Shown here piece after piece: positions 1 to 9,784 of a stretch of 64,000 bases of DNA. Below the pieces are notes generated by a model. The model was not told the DNA's origin. It saw nothing but the letters and a program-made list of their open reading frames with translations, and made no database searches. The position numbers and the translations under genes were made by a program. How positions within the stretch are numbered: position 1 is the first letter of the stretch; each line of letters begins with the position of its first letter. Origin of the DNA: an uncultured virus (IMG/VR IMGVR_UViG_3300037963_002983) (Duplodnaviria > Heunggongvirae > Uroviricota > Caudoviricetes); IMG/VR virus record IMGVR_UViG_3300037963_002983; one strand, 5' to 3'.

Positions 1-1495
1 TTGGAACTTCATGAGTATTTGTTCTCCATTTGCTTTATCAAATTGTAAGGTAAGAAGAGTAGAAGCAGTATCGCCAACTTCTGTTTGATTTAACAATTCT
101 TCAAACAACTTATCATCAGTTACCATAGCGGTAAAAGAAACTTCATATGTTCTTTGTGCCGGTATTGCCTCTTTGATTGATTTATTACCAACACCGATGA
201 ATCTTTTATCTTGTAAGTTATTATTGATTGTTAATGTTAGGTTTGTAACTTTTAAGAATTGTTGTCCAAAGATGCTAAATAATCCACTTGAGTAAAAGTT
301 CAGTATCTTTATCTGTTGTGCTAGTATTATTTGCTTGTTCAAAATTAAACAATTGTCTGTTATCGGATATTCCGCCTCTCGCTTCATAGTTTTCATCTTG
401 GTCTAAACTGTGAACTGCTCTTGAATTTAAATCAAGAGTCATTTTAACTTCTTCATTTTCGTTAGCGGTCATTGTAAGAGTATTTACTCTATTACCTCTA
501 GCAATTCTAACAAAGGTTGTATCTTCGGAATCACTTGCGGTATTAGTAGTTAGTGTGCTAGACTTAGCCATTGTTTGTTCTAGTGCAAAAGAAGGTAGTT
601 TTTCTCCGTTTGCTTCTTCAAACTTATATGTAATAGGATTTGCTAGATTTGTTGCAGACGATGTAGTTCTATCCAATAGTTCCATATTAGTATTCAAATC
701 AAAACCATGTAGTAAAGGAGGAACTAGTGTATTTGACCCTCTTGCAGTTTTATAGAAAATTGGGCCTTGTTCTAAAAATTCACTTGAAGTAATAGTTCCT
801 GTTTCAGCACCACCGTTTGTAGTATCAAGGTAAACATTTCTTCTATCGTCTTTTGTTGTGTTTGCGCCATGTCCAGTTAATTTATTAGCAGGGTTATTTG
901 CTTCAAAGGTGGCAGTAATTTCTGTGCATTTTCCTAGAGCATAATATAAGAATGCACCATGATTAGCCACTAATGCTAAATTGCCTCCACTAGCAGTTTC
1001 AATGCCTTTATATTGATGAGTAAAATTTCTTGAGCCACCCAAAGATAGGTTGAGTTGTTTCATTTCTACTTCAACATTAGGGAAAGTTCCTGTCTCTAAT
1101 AGACCTAGCCAGTTATCAGCGTTTAGTCTTTTAGTTGAACCCGAATATAAGCCAACACAAGGCGCACCATATCCTCTAATGTGAATAAAATCTCCATTGG
1201 CTAAAGTAATGTCGCTAGAAATAGCAGGGGTAATAACAATAGTATTAGCAGTATTACTTGTGATAGTATGTGTTGATTGGGGAACAGTAGTGCCGTTTGT
1301 AGCATCAGCGTCATAAAACTCAACAATACAACCAACATAGAGATTATTTACCATTAAGAAATGTGCTTCCCAATCGTTGTGCGCTTCCAATGATGTATAG
1401 TTGCTATTGCTATGATTAATCGGTATGTATAAATCTACTTCCGGCACTAATGTTAAACTTGCTTGGCTTCCTAAAAATATGTCTTCTGTTGTCAT
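1..1495 (-). CDS. Major tail tube protein; frameshifted near 295-298 and running off the window edge
   Basis: ORF 275-1495 stops early. The +1 frame (297 to 1) continues without stops as FYSSGLFSIFGQQFLKVTNLTLTINNNLQDKRFIG...RTYEVSF, a tail-tube-like pattern. It lies downstream of the adaptor and terminator genes. Confidence 0.6.
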
Positions 1496-1524
1496 GCTTA
1501 TCTCCCCTCTCCTTTACTTACTTA

Positions 1525-2034
1525 CTAGGGAATACTTAATGCGAATCGTTTTGCTTCTACTGTTAATTTATATCCGAATAACCTCTTTGCTCTATCGTTG
1601 CTCTCGCTTCTTGAACCTACAAACACTTGATTAAACTTAGAACCATCACTTGCAGTATATCCCTTACGACCTCGCTCAAGCGTATGACGGGCTATCAAGT
1701 ATAAAGCCTTTAGCCTATCTTTTCCAAAACTAGCATCTGTTCCGGCTCTTTCATCATGTATGGTTCTCATGTGCATTGTAAATGAATAGGTTTCATTTCT
1801 TACATCAAAATGAACTGTTGGGTATTCTATATTTTGAGAGTCTTCAAAGAATACTATAACATCTTTCGCCGTTAAATCATATCTAACTCCTCTGTTCTTA
1901 TCTAATGTTCTAACATCAACAAAGTTAGGAGTTCCTGCATGGTCGGCAGTTATTTTTCCTTCACTAATTAATGTTGTAACAGAAGAACTCCAATTAGTAG
2001 AGACTAAATCTATGAGTAAACTTACTTCATCCAC
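1525..2034 (-). CDS. Putative tail terminator/completion protein
   Basis: Size and position between the adaptor and tail tube genes; mixed alpha/beta pattern. Confidence 0.45.
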   Translation of the reverse strand: MDEVSLLIDLVSTNWSSSVTTLISEGKITADHAGTPNFVDVRTLDKNRGVRYDLTAKDVIVFFEDSQNIEYPTVHFDVRNETYSFTMHMRTIHDERAGTDASFGKDRLKALYLIARHTLERGRKGYTASDGSKFNQVFVGSRSESNDRAKRLFGYKLTVEAKRFALSIP

Positions 2035-2035
2035 A

Positions 2036-2242
2036 TTATCGCCTCAATGCTTTTTTAAAATCATCACTTATTTTTTGAGATATTGCCCTGCTAAAATTTT
2101 CTTGTGCGTTCTTTATCATTTCTTTATTGCTAAACGATACATCAATTCCTAATACTTCCGATAATTCCTGCATAGCCTTTTGTCTTTCCATTTCTATTTC
2201 TAAAAATTTTTTAAAAAGGCTAATCTCTTGCATAGAAATCAC
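2036..2242 (-). CDS. Hypothetical protein
   Basis: 68 aa ORF tightly packed in the operon. Confidence 0.55.
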   Translation of the reverse strand: MISMQEISLFKKFLEIEMERQKAMQELSEVLGIDVSFSNKEMIKNAQENFSRAISQKISDDFKKALRR

Positions 2243-3357
2243 TCAATTAAATAAACTAAATCACCCTTTCCTTTCAGTATGTCCATAGCCTCTTTTGTTA
2301 AAATGTCATACTTTTCTTTAGTTGAAATATTACCGCCTGTTTCAGCAATCATAATAGTTTGGTCGTCGTGTCTTAGTAATTCGGCGGCGACTAACATTGT
2401 AGTTGCTTTATGTATAGCCGAAGGAACTCTTGAAGAACCCGCAACATAAGTTATTATGATTGAGTTTTGAGTATGATATGGATAATCTCTTAGGAAAAAT
2501 ATTCTTCCATCATCTTTAATACTCCAAAAACTACCCAATCTTTTCATGTCTTGCATATCTGTAAATGCTTCCGAAGTTGATTGTGAATCTTGACCTGCTT
2601 TATCTGTAAGTGTTATTGTGCATCCCGAACCATCTTCTCCTGCTAACAAACTTGAAATATTAATCTTATATCCATTATCGGGGTCAATAGAAGCATAAAA
2701 GAAATCACTTATGCTTAAATTATTAGGTGAAGAAGTTCTTTCTTTTTCTCTATTAGCCCCTGTAAATTGAGCAGTATTCGCAGGAAACTCTTCATTAATT
2801 AAGTGGCAAATATCCCTTGCAGTTGTCTTTGCTCCAAATCTACTGTCGAATGTATTATGAGCCGACATAGTTCCTTCCCCTTGAAAAAACAACTCAAAGG
2901 TATCGCCACTATTAGGAAGTTGTAGAGTTATTTTTCTAAGATGTTGAAAACTATCGGGGTTTAGTGTGACGCTTGCTTGAGCCGAAGCCAACTCTTGATA
3001 ACTATTTCCTTGCCAAACTTTCAAGGATATTACTTTCTTTAATTTCATTGTGGCTAATTGTATAAATCCAACATAGCCGCCATAGTATGCTTGCATTGGG
3101 TGTCTAACAAATTCAAAATCATGGAACTCGTCTTTATGAATAATAGGTCTGTATGACCTCTTTACTTTATCATCAACTATACCTTCTATGTTTTTTATAA
3201 TTTTACCGACTTGGGCTTGACTAGGATAAGTAGAAGATGAAAATGCAGGGACTTGTAACATATCCGATACTGCATCTTTATCTGTATAATATCCTTTACC
3301 TGTTGAATAATCAACATCAATAGATGTATAGTCGCTTGGGGATGATGCTATTGCCAT
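2239..3357 (-). CDS. Head-tail adaptor (gp6/gp15-like) with insertion
   Basis: N-terminal YYTDKDAVSDML...EGIVD and C-terminal TYVAGSSRVPSAIHKATTMLVAAEL match the usual adaptor pattern. Confidence 0.65.
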   Translation of the reverse strand: MAIASSPSDYTSIDVDYSTGKGYYTDKDAVSDMLQVPAFSSSTYPSQAQVGKIIKNIEGIVDDKVKRSYRPIIHKDEFHDFEFVRHPMQAYYGGYVGFIQLATMKLKKVISLKVWQGNSYQELASAQASVTLNPDSFQHLRKITLQLPNSGDTFELFFQGEGTMSAHNTFDSRFGAKTTARDICHLINEEFPANTAQFTGANREKERTSSPNNLSISDFFYASIDPDNGYKINISSLLAGEDGSGCTITLTDKAGQDSQSTSEAFTDMQDMKRLGSFWSIKDDGRIFFLRDYPYHTQNSIIITYVAGSSRVPSAIHKATTMLVAAELLRHDDQTIMIAETGGNISTKEKYDILTKEAMDILKGKGDLVYLIE

Positions 3358-3358
3358 G

Positions 3359-5212
3359 TCATGCACTTCCTATGTTCTTTAATAAAGTTATATTTCTTTT
3401 AAGTTCGTTTATTATATTATTAGCAGCCGCTATAGTTTTATAATTAGTCTTAGTTTTATCTACAACAGTAGTAGTGGCACTACTATATTTTCTGTTAATT
3501 AATATCCTTTGCTTAAGCATTTCGGATTTACCATGTTTCTTATTGGAGCGTATAGCATAGGTTGGGCTGCCTTCTTCTTTTTTAGGTGGAATTTTCTCGA
3601 TTGTGACTTTAATATAATAGATGTGTTTTAAATCTGTAAGTTGATTAATAAAATAATCTATTACTTTGCTTTTATCTTCAAACATATCTCTTGCATGTTT
3701 TTCAATTTTTTTATCTGCTAGTCTTGTTCTTTCTAAGTCTATTTCTTCAGACAATGGATTTTTATCCTCAAAATCGTCTAATTCATCTTTAGCATATTCT
3801 GTTTTTGCTTTTTGTATTTCTTTCATTCTATCTGTGACAAAAGAAGTGTCTCCCTGCCTTACATCTACTCTATAATCAGTAGGTTTTATTAAACTAGAAA
3901 TGAAAGAATAAGGTTTTTTATTTCCTATCATTTCTATTAGTTTAAGAATATCGCTATGTCTTTCATATTGCGCCATCAAAGCATCTCTATCAAGTGCCTT
4001 ATTATCTATAAGCATGAATGAGTCCACTATTGCTTCTGTTATTGATTTAGTTTCACCACCAATGTTAATAGTATAATCTTCTCCTAAAGTTTCGCTTCCT
4101 TTGGAGTATTTTTTATACTCTTCTTTAAGTTCTCCCATTTCTAAATCTTCGCCTTCATATTTTTCTTGAATCTCACGCATCAAAAAAGTTCTATATTTAT
4201 CAATAATTGGTTTTAGTTTTTTGATAGGCTTAGTAAGGGCTTCATATTCTTTTACTAATCCGTCTTTATTTTTCTTTTCCCATTCAGCACCGAACTTAAT
4301 CATAAGTGCATCACTAACAGTCTTAAGTTCTTCACCTGTTTTTTCATTACCAAAAGGAACTTTTTGAAATTTATATGACCTATCTTCTCCTATCTTATAT
4401 TTGCCCGATTGTATTATTGGCTTTCCGTCTTTATCTCTTTCTATAATAGGAGAATACATATCTTGTGATTCTGCCAAATCTATTCTACCTTCGTTCCCCG
4501 CAAGAAGAGATTTACCCGCCTTATCTTGTTTTTTAGCAATTCCAATTTGCCTAAATCCTAGTTCTTTTAATTTTTTAAGTTTGACATTATCATCATCACT
4601 AAACAATCTTCGCCCATCAATAATATATTCTTTGGTATTAATAGGTTTTTTAGACATTTTTTTCTCTTTTTTTCCGGCAGTTTCTACTTCGTATTCTTCT
4701 CCGCCAACTTGAACCTGTATTTTATCTAAAAAATAATCCTTCGCTTCATTTTCTGTTAATCCTAACTCTAGTCCTCTCTCTGCTTTCTTAGAAACTTCTT
4801 CTTGTTCATATATTCTTGAGAGAACATTAGTATTCAAATCACTTAGTTTTTCATCAATAACTTCTTTTCCTTTATCTTCTTCGATGAAAGAAGTCGTTTT
4901 TTCATCTAATTCTAAATTAAATTCTTCTATTATTTTTTCTAATTTATTATTTTGTATGTAAGAGAGGGCTGAATTAAATATTTTTTTATATTCAGTTTTA
5001 GTAAATCCCTCTATTCCCTTACTGTTTTTTGCTACTTTTTTAGGATTATAAATTCTATTAAATCTACTAATAAGTTCCTGTTCTTTTCTAGTATATTTAT
5101 TAGGGTTTAAATAATCAAAGAATATAAATTCAGCCATCTTTTTTTTAGCGATAGGCTCAGTCCATGTAATAGTAGTAGGAGTATCTCCCAAAACTACTTC
5201 TATTTTTACCAA
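3359..5212 (-). CDS. Lys/Glu-rich hypothetical protein
   Basis: 617 aa ORF with GGTGA RBS; no recognisable motif. Confidence 0.6.
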   Translation of the reverse strand: MVKIEVVLGDTPTTITWTEPIAKKKMAEFIFFDYLNPNKYTRKEQELISRFNRIYNPKKVAKNSKGIEGFTKTEYKKIFNSALSYIQNNKLEKIIEEFNLELDEKTTSFIEEDKGKEVIDEKLSDLNTNVLSRIYEQEEVSKKAERGLELGLTENEAKDYFLDKIQVQVGGEEYEVETAGKKEKKMSKKPINTKEYIIDGRRLFSDDDNVKLKKLKELGFRQIGIAKKQDKAGKSLLAGNEGRIDLAESQDMYSPIIERDKDGKPIIQSGKYKIGEDRSYKFQKVPFGNEKTGEELKTVSDALMIKFGAEWEKKNKDGLVKEYEALTKPIKKLKPIIDKYRTFLMREIQEKYEGEDLEMGELKEEYKKYSKGSETLGEDYTINIGGETKSITEAIVDSFMLIDNKALDRDALMAQYERHSDILKLIEMIGNKKPYSFISSLIKPTDYRVDVRQGDTSFVTDRMKEIQKAKTEYAKDELDDFEDKNPLSEEIDLERTRLADKKIEKHARDMFEDKSKVIDYFINQLTDLKHIYYIKVTIEKIPPKKEEGSPTYAIRSNKKHGKSEMLKQRILINRKYSSATTTVVDKTKTNYKTIAAANNIINELKRNITLLKNIGSA

Positions 5213-5222
5213 AGAATCACCT

Positions 5223-5900
5223 TCACATTAACCATTTAGCCCACGCTGCGCCTTTTTGAATTGCGCTACCTAAGCCTAAACCGCTTGAAGGTGGCTCATA
5301 ACTCATTTGTCCTTGAGCATCTATCCAATATGGCCTACCATAATTATCAGTTCCCGATGGTGGAATAGGATAACCACTACCATTATTCATAGCCCCTTGT
5401 ACTTGTTGATATTGTTGAACATTACCCGTTAGTCCCGCTACTGCCATACCTGCTGATGCCTGTTGCATAGGCATTTGTCCTGCTCCTCCACTAAATCCTT
5501 GTGATTCTAAGTATTGTTGTTTAGCCAACTTTCTTTGATTAACTACTTCTGTATTAATCGCAGCGTCTAGTATTCTTTGTATATCTAACTCAATGTTTTC
5601 TTGAGTAATCTTTTCAAACTCTCTCATAGCATCATTATGAATCTTTAACATTCCTGTGGTAGAATCAGTTGTAAATTGTAATTTAGCCAACATCTTACTA
5701 ACTACTCTTTCTACAACATCTTCCATGAGTTTTTCCATCTGTGTCAAAAACATTTGACCGTGATATTGAAAGAACTCTTCAACATGATTATCTTGTAAAG
5801 AAAGCAAATTATTTACATTCTTAAATTGTTGGTCGCTTTGTTGTTGAACTGCCCCTAAAACTGTGCTATTGCTTGTTCCTAAAATTCCCATATTACTCAC
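5223..5900 (-). CDS. Gln-rich helical protein with a C-terminal amphipathic helix
   Basis: Ends GLGLGSAIQKGAAWAKWLM. Confidence 0.6.
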   Translation of the reverse strand: MSNMGILGTSNSTVLGAVQQQSDQQFKNVNNLLSLQDNHVEEFFQYHGQMFLTQMEKLMEDVVERVVSKMLAKLQFTTDSTTGMLKIHNDAMREFEKITQENIELDIQRILDAAINTEVVNQRKLAKQQYLESQGFSGGAGQMPMQQASAGMAVAGLTGNVQQYQQVQGAMNNGSGYPIPPSGTDNYGRPYWIDAQGQMSYEPPSSGLGLGSAIQKGAAWAKWLM

Positions 5901-6525
5901 CCTGCTCTCCTTTAATTAGATAATTAATCCTTTCTGTATTTAATTGTATTTCCGCCGTCAATCTAACTATTTCTGCCATTTGTGTTTCTGCATCCTTAGC
6001 CGGAGTTGGTGGCGTTATAGTCCACCCCATGCTAGTCAGCCTCATAACATCTTCTTTAGTTAATGTGTTTAATTGTTGTCTTTTTAACATAGAGGGCATT
6101 TTCGCTTTAGGAATAAATGCTTTAAAATCTAAGCCGTGTTCATCAGCCAATATTTGTTGTTGTAACATTTCCATTTGTTTATGAATCGCTGCATGTTTTT
6201 GACAATAAGTTCCTCTCAGTGGTCTTCCCTTCTCAACCTTATCTAATGGAATTGGTGGTCTTAAATAATCTCCACTTTCCCATACTTGATGAGTTCCACA
6301 TACTACGCATCTATCTTTAAAGTTAAACTTATAGCCGTATTTTAAGAAAAGAATCTTTTTCTTCTCCGGTAGTAATACTTTTCTTATTTCTTTCATTTGT
6401 TTCTTTGGTTTCAGCGCATCATACTTGTAATCCTCGATTGGCCCAACTGCTCTATATTGTTGCAGTTTGGGTAAAAAAGCATTCTTCGCTTGTTGCGTCT
6501 GTATTAAATTCGGTTGTTGATACAT
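5893..6525 (-). CDS. Zinc-finger hypothetical protein
   Basis: CVVC...CQKH. Confidence 0.6.
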   Translation of the reverse strand: MYQQPNLIQTQQAKNAFLPKLQQYRAVGPIEDYKYDALKPKKQMKEIRKVLLPEKKKILFLKYGYKFNFKDRCVVCGTHQVWESGDYLRPPIPLDKVEKGRPLRGTYCQKHAAIHKQMEMLQQQILADEHGLDFKAFIPKAKMPSMLKRQQLNTLTKEDVMRLTSMGWTITPPTPAKDAETQMAEIVRLTAEIQLNTERINYLIKGEQGE

Positions 6526-6527
6526 CT

Positions 6528-7103
6528 TTAATCATCCTCGTAAAGTTCTCTTTTTTCTCGCTTTATTCTCTCACTTTTTTTCCTGTGTCTTTCTTCTACT
6601 TCTTTAACTTTTTTAACTTTAACATTATTAACATTCCAAATACAACCCGAATCTATATCCCAACTATCGGGCCAACCAAGTTTATGCCAGTTATAATGAA
6701 CATTTCTAATTTCAATACCATCGTAGTCTTCTGTCACTGCGGGTTCTTCGGGTTTAGTAGGGTTTTTAACCCATCTTATTTCATTTCCCCATTCTTTTGT
6801 TTTAACTCCGTATTTATCATCAAAGTCTTGTAGTTGTTTTTCACCATTTATTTTTAAAATTTTAACATTAGACACATCTAATTCTAAGATATAATTATAT
6901 TTGTCTATCCAACCATAATCATATAAGGTTCTTGATAACCAACCCCCTGCACCTAATGTAAAAGAATACCACAACCCCGTTTGCCCCCCACTAATAGAGC
7001 GAGGCTTATTAGAAACAGGTTTTAATTCATATGTTCTTTTTTCTATTTTGTGATTCTTAGATAAAGCAAATCTTCTAACAGACTTTAGCAAATTAAACCA
7101 CAT
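6528..7103 (-). CDS. W-tagged hypothetical protein, possibly ADP-ribosyltransferase-like
   Basis: Starts MWFNLLKS; GLWYS...YDGIEI...WDIDSGCIWN motifs. Confidence 0.5.
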   Translation of the reverse strand: MWFNLLKSVRRFALSKNHKIEKRTYELKPVSNKPRSISGGQTGLWYSFTLGAGGWLSRTLYDYGWIDKYNYILELDVSNVKILKINGEKQLQDFDDKYGVKTKEWGNEIRWVKNPTKPEEPAVTEDYDGIEIRNVHYNWHKLGWPDSWDIDSGCIWNVNNVKVKKVKEVEERHRKKSERIKREKRELYEDD

Positions 7104-7107
7104 AATA

Positions 7108-7770
7108 TCAATAATCCTTTATCATAGTAGTTATTCCTTTATACACCATTTCGGGGTCGGACTTAGCCGATACTATATATTTGAAACAAGGTATTCCCTT
7201 GTCATTTAACTGCCTCATCCCATATGTAAAAGGTTCAAATATTTCATGTTTGTCTATGGGTCTTTCGCTTTTATACTTCTCTCCCCACATATCATATTTG
7301 TTAGCCCATATACCAACTGCCATAGGATAGTCTACTTCTTTTTTCTTTCTACCCGAAGGCCATCTATCAGCCACAATAGTATCTACTAAAAATTTCCACG
7401 CTAACTGATGGTCTAAATTAGAAGGAGAATCTAAATGTCTATGGTCTATCATAAAAATAATATATCTTACTCTACGCTTTTGCATATCTTTAACCCATTC
7501 TTTCCAATAAATTGCTTCTCCTCCTAAGTCAGCACTTTTAATTGTATGAGAATCTCCATCAATTTTTACATTCTTTCTAGTTGCTCTATGTAAGCCAACT
7601 GTTCTATCATTTATTGTAGGGACTTCCCCTCTTGTTCTAAGTTGGTGGCTTAATGTTGTTTTACCAACCATTGTAGAACCATAGACTCCAAAGTTAATTG
7701 CATGGACTCTTTTGTAAAATCCTATAATTGCTTCACCTACTAATATAGCAAAGCCTGTCATTATGGACAT
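7108..7770 (-). CDS. Small GTPase (Ras/Arf/Sar-like)
   Basis: G1 GSTMVGKTT, G2 RTVG, G3 DLGG, G4 NKYD, G5 SAK; hydrophobic N-terminal helix. Confidence 0.85.
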   Translation of the reverse strand: MSIMTGFAILVGEAIIGFYKRVHAINFGVYGSTMVGKTTLSHQLRTRGEVPTINDRTVGLHRATRKNVKIDGDSHTIKSADLGGEAIYWKEWVKDMQKRRVRYIIFMIDHRHLDSPSNLDHQLAWKFLVDTIVADRWPSGRKKKEVDYPMAVGIWANKYDMWGEKYKSERPIDKHEIFEPFTYGMRQLNDKGIPCFKYIVSAKSDPEMVYKGITTMIKDY

Positions 7771-7989
7771 TTAATGCCCCCAAATATCTTTAGCCCTCTC
7801 TATAATCCAACCCATTATATTAATGTCAAAGACTCCCATTATATTACCAACTAGAAAAGCGGATAGTGCGATACAAGAACCCCAAAAATACATTTTCATT
7901 TTAATAAAAAACATATCTGCTGAATGCGCCCTACTTTGATTATACACATAGTCGGACTCACTAAAGCCCATTATGTCTCCAAAGACCAA
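7771..7989 (-). CDS. Small membrane protein
   Basis: Hydrophobic stretch MYFWGSCIALSAFLVGNIMGVF. Confidence 0.6.
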   Translation of the reverse strand: MVFGDIMGFSESDYVYNQSRAHSADMFFIKMKMYFWGSCIALSAFLVGNIMGVFDINIMGWIIERAKDIWGH

Positions 7990-8000
7990 TTAATCACAAC

Positions 8001-8417
8001 CTATTGTTGTATAGTTGCTAGGAACTCATTACTGATAGTGTTGTCTTCAAAGGTAGCGGTAGGTTCTTCCGCTACTACATTGTTTCTCCAACTATCTCTT
8101 CTAGCCGTTCCAAATTGCCTCATGCTTTCTTGAAGTTTAGCCTTGATTTGTTCTTCTCTTTGTAGTCTTTGGAAGTGGTTTTCTATCTGTCTATCCAACA
8201 ATCTAATTTCTATCTTGTCATTGAGTGACAAGTCGAATAGTGCTTTCATAACCATTATTCCACCTACTGTAATAAGACCAAATAAAACAGAATGTGCTAA
8301 TGCTCCATATGGGAAGTTTAATCCATATGCGGAGTAAAAATATACATTTGCTCCGCTAACTGTTCCGACAAATAAAATTGTCATAATCAATCTTGTATCT
8401 TGACTTAGTGCTGCCAT
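8001..8417 (-). CDS. Two-TM membrane protein with coiled-coil tail
   Basis: Two hydrophobic segments followed by a charged heptad region. Confidence 0.65.
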   Translation of the reverse strand: MAALSQDTRLIMTILFVGTVSGANVYFYSAYGLNFPYGALAHSVLFGLITVGGIMVMKALFDLSLNDKIEIRLLDRQIENHFQRLQREEQIKAKLQESMRQFGTARRDSWRNNVVAEEPTATFEDNTISNEFLATIQQ

Positions 8418-8426
8418 AATAAAACC

Positions 8427-8732
8427 TCAATTGAACTCTACTGAAATGTTAGCAGTAGAACTTCCGGCTTCTGTTATTTCTAGGAAAATGCCGTTTCTAC
8501 ACAAAACACCGTGCATATCATATTCTAAATTATAGTGTCCATTAGTTGCTTGATGTATTCTAGCAATTTCTGTTCCACTATTATTAGTTCCATTGAATAC
8601 TTTAACTGTTACTGCGTCTCCACCCGATATTGAAATTGCCGAATGTATGCTAATTAACTTAGCCCCTTCATTACTCACAATCGCACTTGAGCCTAAAACC
8701 CCACTACTTCTACAACCGCCTATGCCCGTCAT
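8427..8732 (-). CDS. Small beta-rich virion protein (putative)
   Basis: Gly/Ser/Thr-rich composition; downstream of MCP. Confidence 0.5.
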   Translation of the reverse strand: MTGIGGCRSSGVLGSSAIVSNEGAKLISIHSAISISGGDAVTVKVFNGTNNSGTEIARIHQATNGHYNLEYDMHGVLCRNGIFLEITEAGSSTANISVEFN

Positions 8733-8784
8733 ACTATCACCTGTTCATTCAATGGAGATAGACTCCACCTATTTAATGTAGCGA

Positions 8785-9123
8785 TTACTCTTTCTTAGAT
8801 TTAGAAGGAGTTTTTGCCTTTGTTCTAGGCTTAGGCTTGGGTTTAGGTTTTACCTTTTTTGGTAAAAGTTCATCCGCTAATTCCTTAACAGTTGAAATAT
8901 CCTTGCCTGTTTCTTTACATCCCAATAGAACGATTTTTTCATCCAATGCTAATAATTCTTCTCGGTCTTCTTCATTAAACACAAAGAAATAGTTAGGGTC
9001 GGAAAGACGAAGAACCGCCCATTTTACTGAAACGGTTTCTTCATCTTTCCTTGTAATTTCTTTCTTTGGTGTAATGTTAAGTCTACCGATTTTAGAATCA
9101 TCAGTTAATCTAACTGTTACCAA
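8785..9123 (-). CDS. Hypothetical protein with KP-rich tail
   Basis: 112 aa ORF. Confidence 0.55.
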   Translation of the reverse strand: MVTVRLTDDSKIGRLNITPKKEITRKDEETVSVKWAVLRLSDPNYFFVFNEEDREELLALDEKIVLLGCKETGKDISTVKELADELLPKKVKPKPKPKPRTKAKTPSKSKKE

Positions 9124-9133
9124 TTAAATCCCC

Positions 9134-9487
9134 TCAAAGGTTGCCCCAAACTCTCAATCTAACAGAGCCACCGTTGCCATCATCGGAAACAGTAGCGTTT
9201 GTTCCATCGAGTGAAGTAAACATAAGAGCAAGTGAAGTGCTTGACTCATAAGCCCCTGTTGCTGAACACTCAATTTGTGGTTGTATTCCGTTAGCGTTAT
9301 CAAAACCTGTAATTGTTGCACAATGTATTGTAGATAATCCAAAGTCAGCCGCAGGTATAACTGAACCTGCCGCAACAATAGATGTTACATCAACTAGTGC
9401 ATCAACAACATATTCATCACCGCATACTTTAGGTCTAGTTACTCCCTTGTGGTCTGCTAGTAAAGTTACTGTAAATGCCAATGCCAT
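9134..9487 (-). CDS. Putative capsid decoration/minor capsid protein
   Basis: Beta-rich, downstream of MCP, GGTGA RBS. Confidence 0.5.
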   Translation of the reverse strand: MALAFTVTLLADHKGVTRPKVCGDEYVVDALVDVTSIVAAGSVIPAADFGLSTIHCATITGFDNANGIQPQIECSATGAYESSTSLALMFTSLDGTNATVSDDGNGGSVRLRVWGNL

Positions 9488-9496
9488 TTAAATCAC

Positions 9497-9760
9497 CTAC
9501 TGTCCAATAGCCATGAAATAAACTACATCACCGCTTACACAATGAATAGCAACATCACCGCTTGCTAGTGGTAAATCTGCATTAACTGTGGCTGCCGTCG
9601 CTTCTTCAGCACTTCCCTTGTGGGTAAATACAAGACTTTCAACTAGTGATAGTCCGGTTTCGATGTTTCCATCTGTGCTATCCGAAGTAGTTTGACCGCA
9701 AACTATCTTTCTGTTTCCTTCTAAATTCATTTCCAAATGTATTACTGTCGCAAATGCCAT
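9497..9760 (-). CDS. Putative capsid decoration/minor capsid protein
   Basis: Directly after MCP; ends VYFMAIGQ; strong RBS. Confidence 0.5.
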   Translation of the reverse strand: MAFATVIHLEMNLEGNRKIVCGQTTSDSTDGNIETGLSLVESLVFTHKGSAEEATAATVNADLPLASGDVAIHCVSGDVVYFMAIGQ

Positions 9761-9784
9761 ATTATATCCTCTCCTTTATTCTCC

